This document shows, piece after piece, positions 50,880-63,424 of a stretch of DNA of 64,000 bases. The DNA is from Octopus sinensis. Taxonomy: Eukaryota. The notes under the pieces were generated by a model. It saw only the letters and a list, made by a program, of their open reading frames with translations. It was not told the DNA's origin and ran no database searches. The translations under genes and the position numbers were made by a program. The stretch lies in assembly GCF_006345805.1 (NCBI RefSeq), contig NC_042997.1:9858001-9922000 (forward strand), read 5' to 3'. Position 1 is the stretch's first letter, and each line of letters opens with the position of its first letter.

Positions 50880-51130
50880 GACAATCTAATGAGAAATCAA
50901 CAGGTATTCAATTCGGACAATAAACCTAAATTTCTACCAAGAATTATTGGAGCACTTGACTATCAGCTGCTTCAATAGCCATCTTCAAAAACTGGAATTC
51001 ACAAAACCAGAAAGACACGGTTAAGCAGAAGATTACAGCTACAAATTGTCAAAATATGTTAAACATTGATGATGCTTTGTATGCAATAAGATCCTTACAT
51101 GGAATGACATCTATAACTGTACCTATACGT
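50880..51130 (+). mobile_element. RLE-type LINE 3' fragment, decayed (family of 30233 and 40900)
   Basis: IYDNLMRNQQV...KFLPRIIGALDY...KLEFTKPER. Confidence 0.6.
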
Positions 51131-51367
51131 ACATATGCTCATACATACGCTTAGCAACATTTCATCCGTCTTAACGTTCTGAATCCAAATACGCCGAGTT
51201 CAAATTCGGAGATTGACTGTCGTATTCCATAAGAAAATAGGTAACAGTTGAACCCTGGTGTTGATATACACGATTAAACCCCCACTGCCAAATACCAAAC
51301 CGTGCCCCCCAAAATTGCTGGCTTTGTGTAAAAATTTGAAATCAATATATATTGCAGATCGAAAATA

Positions 51368-51431
<64 letters not shown>

Positions 51432-51563
51432 CATATGATGACCCTATAATATATGTACAAAGAGTAAAGATATTTAGAGCAATCCTATCACCAATCAGAT
51501 CTCTCTCTCCCACTCCATATCTCGTTATATATATACATATATAAATACACACACACATATATA

Positions 51564-51627
<64 letters not shown>

Positions 51628-52738
51628 TAAATAGTTGTAAATTGTATAGAATAAAGTTAAAACATGGTCTGGTTTTCACGGTTTTTATTATGGTACTTTA
51701 AAAAATGTTGAAGTGTGTTAAACATTAAGAAATATTTTGTAATGTTCTTAAAGTTCAATTAGCGCTTTCATACGTTCTTGGTAATAATCAGATTTCAAAA
51801 TATATTTACCTCACTGCTGAATTCATGACTGTAATAAAATGACTGACTTCTTCCTTTTTGTACATTTTAGAGGGCTCCAACAAGCCGAATTCTTGGGATA
51901 CGGTTTTAACCAATCCACATGAAGCTTAAACGTCACGCTTTCTGAAATCTGATGATTACTACGAATGTATGAAAGCGCTAATTGAACTTTATGAACATTA
52001 CAATTTTTATGTTTAACAAACTTCAACATTGTTAAAAAGTAAAAACATTAAAAAAAATAACATAAAATATATATGTATATGTATATATATATGTATAGCG
52101 AAAATGTTTTAATCAGCAACCTACCGTATATACCCAAGGTTATATATATATATATAGATACATACATATAAGTATGGAAATATTTATATATAGTTCCACA
52201 TTTTTCTCCTCCTAAAACGGACAGGTCAGTTTTAGCTCCACCACTATTATAATGTAAATCTTTTTTGAACTCATAATATTCTGTATGTGTATATTGAACT
52301 TTTTTAATAATTCCTCCTGGAAATTACCTTGAGATGTATAATATATTTGTTTTAATCTTTTCTGCCCATTATTTCAATGAGCTTGTTAAACTTTTATATA
52401 TTCTCAACATACTGTTGTCACCAAAGAATGTATATTTATATGGATTATAGTACTCTGTGTCAACCAATATTCTGTGCATGTTTGAATATACACATACAAT
52501 ACCAATATCAATTCCTTCTGGAAACTATATTAAGTATGTCCTTGAGAACGATTGTTTATGTAGTAATATTTTGTGCCCAATATTTTAAGGAACTTGTTGA
52601 ACTTTTTTACGTCCTTAATATGTCCCTGTTACCAAAGACTGTATATATGTCATGTAGCAATTTGCAACAACCAATAATTAACGCAAACCGGTAAAGTAAA
52701 TAAACATCTTTTAAATTGCATTTTCAAACCTTCTTTCG

Positions 52739-52813
<75 letters not shown>

Positions 52814-52846
52814 TGTTTGTGTATATGTGTGTGTGTGTATATTATT

Positions 52847-52887
<41 letters not shown>

Positions 52888-53143
52888 GACATGCTCTCAC
52901 ACAAAGTACGTCTAGCTAATTCCCAACTTCTCTCGCAATATTCGGCCTATTGCTATAGCAGGATATGATGCGCAGTAGAATTGAACCCAAAATTACGTTG
53001 TGTCAAAACGAGATACTTGATCATGCGGCCAATCCGGCATCTCTTCTTTCCTACTCTCTTCGTGTCTGTGTGCGTATGATATAATCATACGTATGTATGC
53101 ATATATAAATATATATATATACGCATATATGTACGTACATATG

Positions 53144-53202
<59 letters not shown>

Positions 53203-53315
53203 TCATATATACATGCTTATGCGTATACTCACACAAGTACATATATATATACACACTCTCACGCATGCACACTCACACAGACATATATATGTTCAATCGG
53301 AAAGAGTGAGAGAGA

Positions 53316-53453
53316 AGAAGAGGAAGGAGAAGAAGAAGAAGAAGATGAAGAAGAAGAAGATGAAGAAGAAGAAGGAGAAGAAGAAGAAGAAGAAGAAGAA
53401 GAAGAAGAGAAGAAGAAGAAGAAGAAGAAGAAGAAGAAGAAGAAGAAGAAGAA
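53316..53453. repeat. (GAA)n-rich polypurine microsatellite
   Basis: Directly visible. Confidence 0.95.
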
Positions 53454-54642
53454 TGTAGTTTTATAGATAATAAACATATACGCAGACATATTCATTCAAA
53501 TGTAACAGTCTCTAAGCGGAAGAGGAAGAGGCCACTCCATACAAAATGTAGAGAACACTGATTGTTTAAGTTATATGTATGTGAGTATTAATATATAAGT
53601 GTGTATAATTTTCAGTCTACGTATGCGGGTATGTATATATATATATATATATATGTCGTAACAGCATCGTAAATATTTTATGGTTATAACTACCCTGTAT
53701 GAATTCATGAATCTGTAAAATAACCATTATTCTGCATGATCAAAAACAGACATATAATCGAAGTATATGAAAAGGTTTACTTATCATACACTTTACTCCC
53801 ACTACTTATATGAATACATAAATAAATATGAATACAACATTTCGTGAATTGTTCGTCCATCAAAATATCCAGGTTTAATTTCATATATTTCTTACATTTT
53901 GATGTTTGGATATATATTCTCAGACAACCTCGTTTCATTGAACTAGTTCCTCTTTGTATATAATCTGACGATGCATAATTTGCAGCATCGCTAACCCATC
54001 TTAGTCCGGTCTTTCTTCTGATCTGAAAGTAAAAGCAATGATGGTAATATCTATCATTGCCGAATAATGCTACTTATTAAGTTAGCAGAAGCTAAAACAG
54101 GCAATAAATGCGATTGTTATTATTAATATTATCGCAGTGGAGAGCGAGGACTGACAGAACCGATAGAAAAGTAGATTAAATGTCTTGCGGAGTCTTTGTA
54201 TGCTTCGAGCAAACAATCGTTCCGAGCTCGAGCTCAAGTATTTCATCGCTAAAATAAATACCCTTTAAATAAATTAATATATCCTCTTTCATGAAATTAG
54301 TGAACTTATACCTATGTCCTATATTATTGAGTTCAAATCTTGGCACAAAGCCAGCAATTTCTGAAGAGGGGGAAGTGGATTACATCGACTCTTGTACTTA
54401 ACTAGTATTAACTTTATAAAGAAGGTTATGTTGAAGAGTTGTTACAACCACCAGTGTTTTTATCGACACACCATCTGTCGGAGGTTACCAATCAAGGCTA
54501 AAGGGACCTTCTTCACTCTGTATAGATTAATCCCCATAAGGACGTGCTCCACTAATTTTTATTCTTAAGGTGTTTGTGGCCAATAAAAGAATTAATCACT
54601 ATTATTATTATTATCATTATTATTATTATTATTATTATTATT

Positions 54643-54720
54643 CAGTAGTTTTATTTTTATAGCGTGCTTTCACTTCACTACCGAGCGCAGCTCTGTGTGC
54701 CTTGGGTATGTGCTATTGTT
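54643..54720 (-). mobile_element. 78-bp insert in (TAA)n, probably a LINE 3' UTR stub
   Basis: Minus strand aacaatagcacatacccaaggcacacagagctgcgctcggtagtgaagtgaaagcacgctataaaaataaaactactg runs straight into (AAT)n. Assignment to a Dong-like LINE 3' end is from recall. Confidence 0.5.
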
Positions 54721-54738
54721 ATTATTATTATTATTATT

Positions 54739-55295
54739 GAGTGAGAGAGCAGTTCATGCCATCAAAGAGACACTGGGGTAAAATATACGAAGCCCAATAT
54801 ACCCATCATGACTACCCGTCTGATAAAGGTACACCAGGCACATGCATCACAACCATATGTGCGCGATATGGAGATCTCATATCAAGATAAACAGCACATG
54901 ACCTTGCCGGTGGGGCCCAATTAGAATTTTCTTCAGTTGAGTAGCCCATCCCGCTCAAAAGGTCCCTGAATAAGGGTTGTTTAAGGATGTTGAAAGAACT
55001 ATCCATGTTTCCAGAGGTGAATTATTCAAACCCCAAAGAATCCCTCTCAACACATGGCTATGATGCTCCCCCACTACTTCTGCTCGTGATCAGAGATGCA
55101 CATATCGTCAGCCACTAAGGGACATGCTCAACTGGTTAAGGTCAAACAACTGACAAGCAAATCTGTGGTATTGAGCAGAATATTTGCTGTAGCCCATCTT
55201 TTATACCAAGACAAAACAATGTACATGATAACACTTCGAATCAGTTAAGATCAGAAGCCATGAGAGCCACTGCCTGGTACTGCATCAGGGCATTT
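54739..55295 (-). mobile_element. 557-bp non-coding SINE-like element embedded in (TAA)n
   Basis: Unique sequence bounded on both sides by ATT repeats; its 3' end is homologous to 1197-1355; no coding capacity recognised. Confidence 0.8.
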
Positions 55296-55296
55296 A

Positions 55297-55350
<54 letters not shown>

Positions 55351-55404
55351 TATTATTATATTATTATTATTATTATTATTATATTACTATTACTATTACT
55401 ATTA

Positions 55405-55453
<49 letters not shown>

Positions 55454-55567
55454 TACTATTACTATTATTATTATTATTATTACTATTACTATATTATTAT
55501 TATTATTATTATATTATTATTATTATTATATTACTATTACTATTACTATTATTATTATTATTATTAC

Positions 55568-55599
<32 letters not shown>

Positions 55600-55644
55600 T
55601 ACTATTACTATTACTATTATTATTATTATTTATTATTATTATTA

Positions 55645-55681
<37 letters not shown>

Positions 55682-55683
55682 AC

Positions 55684-55728
<45 letters not shown>

Positions 55729-55742
55729 CATCATCATCATCT
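55296..55742. repeat. Long (ATT)n array with ACT/ATC variants (~445 bp)
   Basis: Directly visible; explains the poly-I/L/Y ORF 55260..55865. Confidence 0.95.
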
Positions 55743-55904
55743 AATGAGCATAGTGCTTTTATATATTTGTATATATATATATTTGTCCTAAATCACGCAG
55801 TAGGAAGGAGTGAGAGAAAGAGTAGTACAAATGATGGGAGCGGAGAGAAAAAAGTAATTCAGTGAAGGAGAAGTAGTGAGAGTAATTGCCATGACTTAGA
55901 GGGC

Positions 55905-56140
55905 GTGAAAGAAAGTAATATCAATGAGAGAGATGAAATAGTAAAGAGAGCGTCGTCATTATATATGCCTGCAGAGGTTTCCCTACAAAATAGGATTAGG
56001 TGCATAAAAGAAGCGTCCCTTATCTTTTCATTTCAACTAAGACAATTGTTTGTTCTCATTTGCATCTCCAACACTCCAGTTAACCTTTCGCAGTTGTACC
56101 ACCAGTTTGAGGAGGAGATGATTAAGGATTTCACAAGAGT
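55905..56140 (+). mobile_element. Helitron RepHel remnant (Rep-helicase linker)
   Basis: RCIKEASLIFSFQLRQLFVLICISNTPVNLSQLYHQFEEEMIKDF matches the Helitron block CL.EA......QLR.LF..I...C.P......W..F...M.EDF. Confidence 0.75.
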
Positions 56141-56420
56141 TAACACTCGAATAGGTCTTTCCCGTACCTTCAGCGCCATCGAGGAAAAAGCATCTATTGT
56201 CTTTCATCGTCATTGATGGTTACAGTAATGTGTTCATAGACCTGGCGCTGAGCCTCAGTGGAGGATGCAATGCGCCGCTTAATATCAACCCCTTCCATAT
56301 TGTTCTTTCTAGCAGTTACTTTATGAACGGCTGCTGCAGCCGGGGCTGGAAGATGCAAATCTCTGCAGCACAACCCATGTACTTGCAATGTTGATTCAAT
56401 ATCATTTAATGCTCTCTAGA
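56140..56420 (-). mobile_element. Helitron helicase N-terminal remnant, inverted
   Basis: CRDLHLPAP...STEAQRQVYEHI then (frameshift) CFFLDGAEGTGKTY, a Helitron/PIF1 Walker A. Confidence 0.75.
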
Positions 56421-57179
56421 TGGCCACATCTCGAGATTTTAAAAGACTTCGTGCTTGGACCAGGTGTATTATGTTGCAATAAAAGTCTGTTCAGATAACT
56501 AAAATAAAATTCTAAAATGAGGGTTAGATATACTACAAATCTTACAGAAAAATGATGCATTAACGGCTATTCTAAAACATATTGGAGATGAAAGGTCGGA
56601 ATTTAGGTTTCAATTATTAACATGGGTTAGTTATACTTTAACGAGAAAAAAATTTCAATTTGAAAAATACTTATATTAACAAAATATTAAAGCATCCGAA
56701 ATCTTATTTAATAACATTTTTTCTACTCGTACGAAGTATAGAAATGGATTTTTTAGTGCCTAATCGACACATTGTAGTGTGTGTTATATGGAGTAGTTTG
56801 GGTAATTATTGACCAATCTAGTTTAAACTGTATATTTTGCACTTTTAAATATCTATGTGTCTGGCTAGTGCTATCGAATGTTTCGCGCTGGGGTTTGTAA
56901 ATGAATTTTTATGCTCCCTATATCTCGTTTTAAAGTTTATTGTGCTCCTTATATAGATTTTCTTGGGCGTTTTAGTACTTACTTCACATTTGTAAACTAC
57001 ATCTTTTCTTAAACAGGACCCTTTTAACGGGCTAAATTTTAGGGATCAGTAATTACAAGTTCTTTTATGGAATTCATATTACTACTTCCCTGGTTACGTT
57101 CCATGGATTACTTTTCCTGAGTATTCTTTTTAAGTTTAGATCTACTATTAGCAGCAGTGATGGAGCTTGAATTAGGTGA

Positions 57180-57700
57180 CGTTGAATATAACAATTTTAA
57201 ACTAGATTTGTTAAAGATGAGGTGATATTTATGATCCGGATGAAAGTTTTTTTCAATGAACTTAAAGAAAAATTCGGAGAGATGCTAAACTCTAAATATA
57301 AAATAGAAACTGATAATAAATTGAATATAATCAATAAAAAACATAATGCTTTAATTAAAGAATTAAAATTGTTGGATCGAACTGAACCTTACAGATTCCC
57401 CATTTTATGTATAAGGACCATGAAAGTAAGCCCACTGTTCGACTAATATGCCCATCAAAATCCGACCTTGGTAGAATAAATAAATCTATTATTGTTAAGA
57501 TTATCCCTAGCGTAAAGAATAGTACCGGTGACGTTATCACTTGGTTCTGCTCCTTAAGTAATAGAAGAAAAACATATTTCCTACAATTTGATATAAGTAA
57601 TTATTATCAATCTTTATAACCGAATTTGTTGGATAAAGTTTCATGACGGTACCATAGTAGCGTAGGTCTCTGAGAGATATTGACACTAATGTTGATCCTT
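57180..57700 (+). mobile_element. Penelope-like element RT remnant
   Basis: KDHESKPTVRLICPSKSDLGRINKSI...KNSTGDVITWF...FLQFDISNYYQS matches PLE RT KDHK....P.VRLINP.K...G.ISK / WKNT..VI.WF / FD...(F/Y)YPSI. Confidence 0.85.
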
Positions 57701-59299
57701 TTCTTGTCGTCGCTTTGAGCAATACTACAGGCATGTAGTGAGAAAGAAGGCAATTCGCCACAGTTGACATTTAATTCCTGTATACCACGCTCACCTTTGA
57801 CGACAACAAGACTATTTTGGAGTTGTGATTCATTATGGGAGCGAAGAGGAAAGCAATCACTACAGGTGCTACAGGTAAATATGAATTGTGACCATATGTG
57901 AGAACCAACTGAAGGGTTTCTTACTGAAAAAGCAAATAAGAACAAAATGAATGAATGAATGAATGAATGAATGAAGGTTTAGGCAAACAGAAACAGAGAT
58001 GGCAACAGCATGGTTAGATCTCTACAGTGGAGTTTAGTGGAATTGCTATCATTGTTTTCCATGACAGCAATTCCACTAATCTACGAAGGGAGCTAGATGC
58101 CAACTGATCGTTCCGTTTTCACTGTAACTCTATCGTTGATATATGTATAAGGATCAATGACCAAATGTACAAAATTGTAATCTAGTTCTTTAAAAAACTG
58201 ATATCAAACTTTAGATATGTTTTCTTTGTTTTTAATTCCGCCCTTTATCTCGAAAGATTCAGTGCGTAAGTAACTGTAAATTACTAGACAAAGCACCATG
58301 AAGTGTTTAGTTACCTCCCTTTCCAATATGAATGTAAATACCACCAAGTTTGAACTCGATCCCCCATTTGAGTCGATAATAAATGTGCACCCTTGTTTCT
58401 GTATTACTGAGTATTTGTTGCGTGGGCTGCGTTATATCATTCGATGGTATTTGTACAGAGACTGCTGTGCGGCTTGTACATATTGTTATCGAATGCTAAT
58501 TGTGCAGAGTGGCTTTTAAAATGAGCTGTACCCTGTACCAACCCTAAACTTTATTAGTGACATTTTCGGCGCCCCCTTACACCCCCAACGCTCCACACAC
58601 ACACATTATTTAATAGATTTTTACTTCCATATAATCCTTCTTCGATTTCAAAGATGTCAGATATGTTTTAAACGTTTAAAGTAATCTTAATTTTATTGAA
58701 TAGAGTTTGTCTGCTTCCTTTCAATACTCGACCACTCCTAATGAGAGACGTTGAATGCTGTATCGATATTATGTAGCGATATAAAATGTGTACCGATCAA
58801 GTATTGGTCTTGAAATAAACAACCATCGAATCACCATGAAAAGTCTGGCTTTCTGTCTTTGTAAGAAATTCTCATTGTTATTAATTAGACAAATTATGGC
58901 AGACTCGGTAGAATAACAGACAAAACAACCTTAGGGAAATTAACTACATTTATTTACGTTCTCAGTTCATGTTCCGCTGAGATCAGTTTCGATCTTCATC
59001 CTGCAGTTATGAATAAAATAGTTACAGTTTAATACTTAGACCAATAACATTCACTGAAATATTTGGTTTGTGTTTATGCTACTACTTATAATTATTAATT
59101 AAATTAAAGAGCAATATGTTACAAATTGAAATTATATTTATGTGAAACAGTTGTTTTAATGTGTTGTTAATGATTTCAATTAATATATAAGCATCAGTTT
59201 CCATGCAGAAAAATATTGTAATATTAGCAAAGTGCAAGATTTTACAAGCATCATGAGAGACATAATTGCTACAACGTATATATAAAACTGCCGGACTAA

Positions 59300-60443
59300 T
59301 GTGGGCTAATGAGTAGTTGAATGAATTACAAGTTGAAAAGTAGGAGCAGTAGAGCTGTGAAAATATGATAAATTGGAAGTCATCGAATTATCATCAGAGG
59401 AATGAAAGCAGACATTAATATTTCTCAAACTATAAAAAGTGACTGACGAAAAAGTATTCGGTGAGACTTTAAGAGCAAAGTTGCAAAGGAGTAGGTCTAA
59501 CAATATGGGAGAATTACCTGTAAATGTAATGGCCACCACGAACAACAGGCAAATGTATAGCCTAAAGACAGGCAGCGTCACAAATGGTTGACTTGGGTTA
59601 AAAAGTAGCAGAAAAATAGTCTAAACTGTTACTTTCTGGGGAAAATTAATTTCGTATTTTATTCAAAAACCAAATTTAAATATTTAAGATGAGGATTGAA
59701 ATGGCATTTTCGACAAGATTTTGAAGCAAGGTAATGATGGTGCTAGGTATGTAATACCCAAACTTTTAGGCCTCGTATTTCTTCAGATTCAGATTCAATG
59801 CAAGTATACCATGAAATTTTGGAGCATATTACGTCTTTCTCATCCAACAGGCTATTTCGTGCGGCGAAATGACTCTTTCCATAAGATTTGGCACCTGCAC
59901 ACTGACCAGAAACAACCGACCACTGATTAATTCGCTAAACATTATATCGACGTACTTCCTTGCAAGAGAATTCACCTGACCTATATTGAATCCATAGGGT
60001 ATACTTGAAAAGAATGTTGATGAGCTTGCGACCCAGCTCTACGGCAGGGGTGGAAGCTGTTATCGAGACAACCTGAGCTTCTCTCACAATTGAGCATTAT
60101 CATATGTTTGTTTCTTCTATACCACGGCATTTTTCCGGAAAGAAAACGAAAAGAACTCCAACGGCATACTAATTCTTACTTTCCCTATCCATCTTTCAAT
60201 TTGCAACCGACTTGCTCTTTTGTAATGGAATTCTTTGGATGTTCTGATATATCACACTAATATTTTGAGATATTAGATTTTCAATGTTCCATCTGCGTGG
60301 AAAGCATAAACGTTATCGAATATCAACAAAACACTGCGAATAGATCAGTGATCCTACAATTGCAATTTTGACGCTCTGACTTAACTGACCCCAAATATCC
60401 AATTTGTTCACAATATTCTAATTTTGTAAGGTGCACCTGTGTA
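59300..60443 (+). mobile_element. Second Tc1-family transposon remnant with right TIR
   Basis: RQRHKWLTWVKK, VYHEILEH, P*DLAPAH, NSPDL and SSIPRH...AY* (stop 60170-72). The TIR reverse complement cacaggtgcaccttacaaaattagaatatt lies at 60412-60441, followed by TA. Left TIR not found. Confidence 0.8.
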
Positions 60444-61274
60444 TACATTAACGGGAAAGGAATCACAACATTTCAAAGTTTAAAGGAGAGAAATCCTGTC
60501 GCAGTGACTGTAGATCGAAAACTGCGTGTGTCTAGCATAATTGTTGATAAGTCTTTTGCTATATGAAGTAATAAAGAAATAGCGGCAGATGCAATATCAG
60601 CAAAACATATTTTATTAACAGAAATTCTAGTGATATCCTCCAGATATTGACACAGTAAAATTTTTATCTAACGACTTCTGACATTCTCACAACTACATAT
60701 ATTGATTATATTAAACTGAGTGCAGCATTCTGAACATACTATCACTTATTTATTTCTGATTTATTAATGGCCAGAGATAATAAACGTTAGGAAAATGCAA
60801 GATTTTACCTCATCATAGGAAGTACAATGGTTGTAAGAATATTAAAGTTATACTAATCACATGGTTTTAAGTTCTGATCTTATTACGGTTACTTCAATGT
60901 GACCATGAGCAAGGTATATTTTTTTAATAAGTCGGATATTTAGAGTGATTTATTCTAGCAGGTTACGTCTACCTAAATTGATAGTTTCCGTAGCAACAAC
61001 AACAAACGCACACTTCCATCCAAGCATGCAATGAGAATTTGGATGGACAACAACAGAACCTAAAATTTGGATAGACAACAGCAGAAAATAAACAGTCTTC
61101 CCAAACGTACGAGGCAGTATCATGTCTGTAATTTTGTAAGTCAATGAACTCCGATTTTCTCCGTAAAATGCTATTAGTCACCAATCTGAGACAATAGTCG
61201 AACACGGTTCGTTTCTGTCTCAGTTTGATTTATTGTGGTTAATACTAATTACATCACTTTTGCAGATTAATATT

Positions 61275-61458
61275 GGAGAGGGTCGTCTAAGTCGAGGAAA
61301 TTGGCCTCAGTGCGCAAATAGTACTTATTTTATCGACCCCGAAAAGAAGAAAGGCAAACTCGACCTCGGCGGAATTTGAACTCAGAACGTAAACACGGAA
61401 GAAATGCTGCTAAGCATTTTGCCCGGTCGTGTTAACGATTCTGTCAGCTCACTGCCTT
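61275..61458 (-). mobile_element. tRNA-derived SINE family A
   Basis: Core and head match other copies. Confidence 0.8.
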
Positions 61459-61744
61459 GCATTTGTAGATTAATATTGCCATGATAACGGATGAAATTTT
61501 AAAAACTAATTAGGATATCTTCTGTGATAGGTGAGTATTCATCTTAAAACATTTTCATAACTATAAATTAAGCAATTGTGGTTGTTAAATAATAAATATG
61601 ATATGCCTCTAGATGAAAAATAAAGCATTCTATTTGTGTATTCAAATGCATGTACAGAAGTATCATTTGATACTAGTCATACACATGTTTACAAACTCAC
61701 TAATACACACAAACATACACATATACACAAAAAAGAGGGGATTA

Positions 61745-61880
61745 AAAGGTGGCAAGCCGCCAGAATAGTCAGCTCGTCGGAGGAAATGCTAAGCAATATT
61801 TCGTTCGTCTTTACGTTGAGTTCAAATTCCATCGCGGTTGACTTTGCTTTCATCCCTTCTCGGGGGTCGATAAAATAAGC
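61745..61880 (+). mobile_element. tRNA-derived SINE family A, truncated and diverged
   Basis: gttgagttcaaattccatcgcggttgactttgctttcatccc...ggggtcgataaaataag. Confidence 0.75.
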
Positions 61881-61930
61881 TTCAAGTGAACACTAGGGCC
61901 GAGATCTGAAATAAGTATTTTATACAATAG

Positions 61931-62150
61931 AAGGCGGCGAGCAGGCAGAATCGTTAGTACACCGCGCGGAATCTATAGCGGAATTTCACCCGTCTCCACG
62001 TTCTGAGTTCAAATTCCGCTGAGGTCAAATTTGCCTTTTGTTCTTTCCGGCTCGATAAAATAAGTACCAGTAAAGTACTGGTGTCGATGTAATCGACTCC
62101 CAATCCCTCAAAACCTGATAGCTTTGTGCCAAAATTTGATATAAATATTT
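61931..62150 (+). mobile_element. tRNA-derived SINE family A
   Basis: gaaggcggcgagcaggcagaatcgttag head and gttctgagttcaaattccgctgaggtc core. Confidence 0.85.
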
Positions 62151-62229
62151 TAAGCAATAAAAAGTTATAAAACTGCAATAGTTTCATATGACAGAGTGTA
62201 AACAGTGAATATTCCAGTAGAAATAAGAC

Positions 62230-62900
62230 ATCAATTTGTCAGACTGGCTCATTAAATACCCTTGCTACGAATACCGATTCATGTGTAGAACGTCCATCAA
62301 TTCAGTATTATTCTTTATTCTGCTTCTTATTTTGAGTTCAACATTGCAGTCAGTTAAATGTTTCTTATATACTAGACGTGCACGAACGCTTTAGTGGAGG
62401 AAATTACAACATTGTAGGCTACAGGGTGAAGGGCCACTAGTAAATGCGAACAACCTTATATTTTATTCTACAGAAGCTATACTGGAGGTCACTGAAAAAG
62501 GAAAAATATTTACTGGTATAAAGAATATGATTATTAACAACTGTTCGCATTATCATTCATCTGTTAAGAAAGAGAGTGATAATCCAACAGCTGATAGCTC
62601 CCAAAAGTTGTTCTGCATGAAGACAGGATGAGATATTTCCCAAAATTTTGTTAGATACATACATACATGCATACATACATACATACATACATACATACAT
62701 ACATACATACATACATACATACATGATTATTTTGTTAGATACATACATACATATATACATACATACATACATACATACATACATACATACATAGTTTGAC
62801 AAGGTTATGAGCCAGCTCTGGGGTACGCTGTCGTAGCGCTGGTCCATAAAGTGATTGAAAGAATACTGTTGTCAATGGTTTGCCATGTTCACTGTAACTG
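62230..62900 (-). mobile_element. Decayed L2/CR1-like RT remnant interrupted by (TACA)n
   Basis: TPELAHNLVKL and VVNNHIL...FSDLQYSFCR resemble CAPELA..LSKL and N.....LLSD.QYGFR. Confidence 0.4.
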
Positions 62901-63037
62901 AATATAAATCAAAGCTGGTGGAAATGATTAAGTCGACAACATTTTATTATTTTATTCTACACCGAACTCCAAAGTCCACTTGAATCCATTTTAAATTTGA
63001 TTTATCTGGGAGTTAATAAAATAATCACCTATTATAA

Positions 63038-63424
63038 GCGCAGGAGTGGTTATGTGGTAAGAAGTTTGCTTCCCAACCACACGGTTCCGGGTTCAGTTCC
63101 ACTGCGTAGCACCTCCAGCAGGTGTCTTCTACTATAGCCGCGCGCCGACCAAAGCTTTGTAAGTGGATTTGATAGACGGAAAGAAGCCCGAAGTACATGT
63201 GTGTGTGTGAGAGAGAGAGAGAGTTTGTGCCTGACCATTGCTTGACCAACGATGTTGATGTGTTTGTGTCTCCATAACTTAGCAGTTCGGTTAAAGAAAC
63301 CGATTGGATAAGCACTGGGCTTTAATAAAAAGTACTGCGGTCGATTCATTCGACTAAAATTCCTCAACGTGATGCCCCAGCCTAGTCGCAGAATAATGAA
63401 TAAAACAAGTAAAAGATAAAAGAT
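63038..63424 (+). mobile_element. Full-length tRNA-derived SINE family B
   Basis: gcaggagtggttatgtggtaag...ggttccgggttcagttccactgcg head, internal (GT)(GA)n, tail ending aaaacaagtaaaagataaaaga. Confidence 0.88.

Noticed and set aside
53975-54000. CTGACGA followed by a TGCA/TGCA stem
   Set aside because: No GAAA after stem II and no stems I or III, so not a hammerhead. CTGATGA hits near 6802, 27190, 42281 and 63895 fail in the same way.
55260-55865. 201-aa ORF and the many poly-YI/HT/CV/MYVC ORFs across the track
   Set aside because: They are translations of (ATT)n, (TA)n, (CA)n and (TACA)n microsatellites, not genes.
60950-61144. Signal-peptide-like minus-strand ORF (MILPRTFGKTVYFLLLSIQILG)
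   Set aside because: No recognisable domain or strong donor, and the hydrophobicity derives partly from short GTT-rich repeats.
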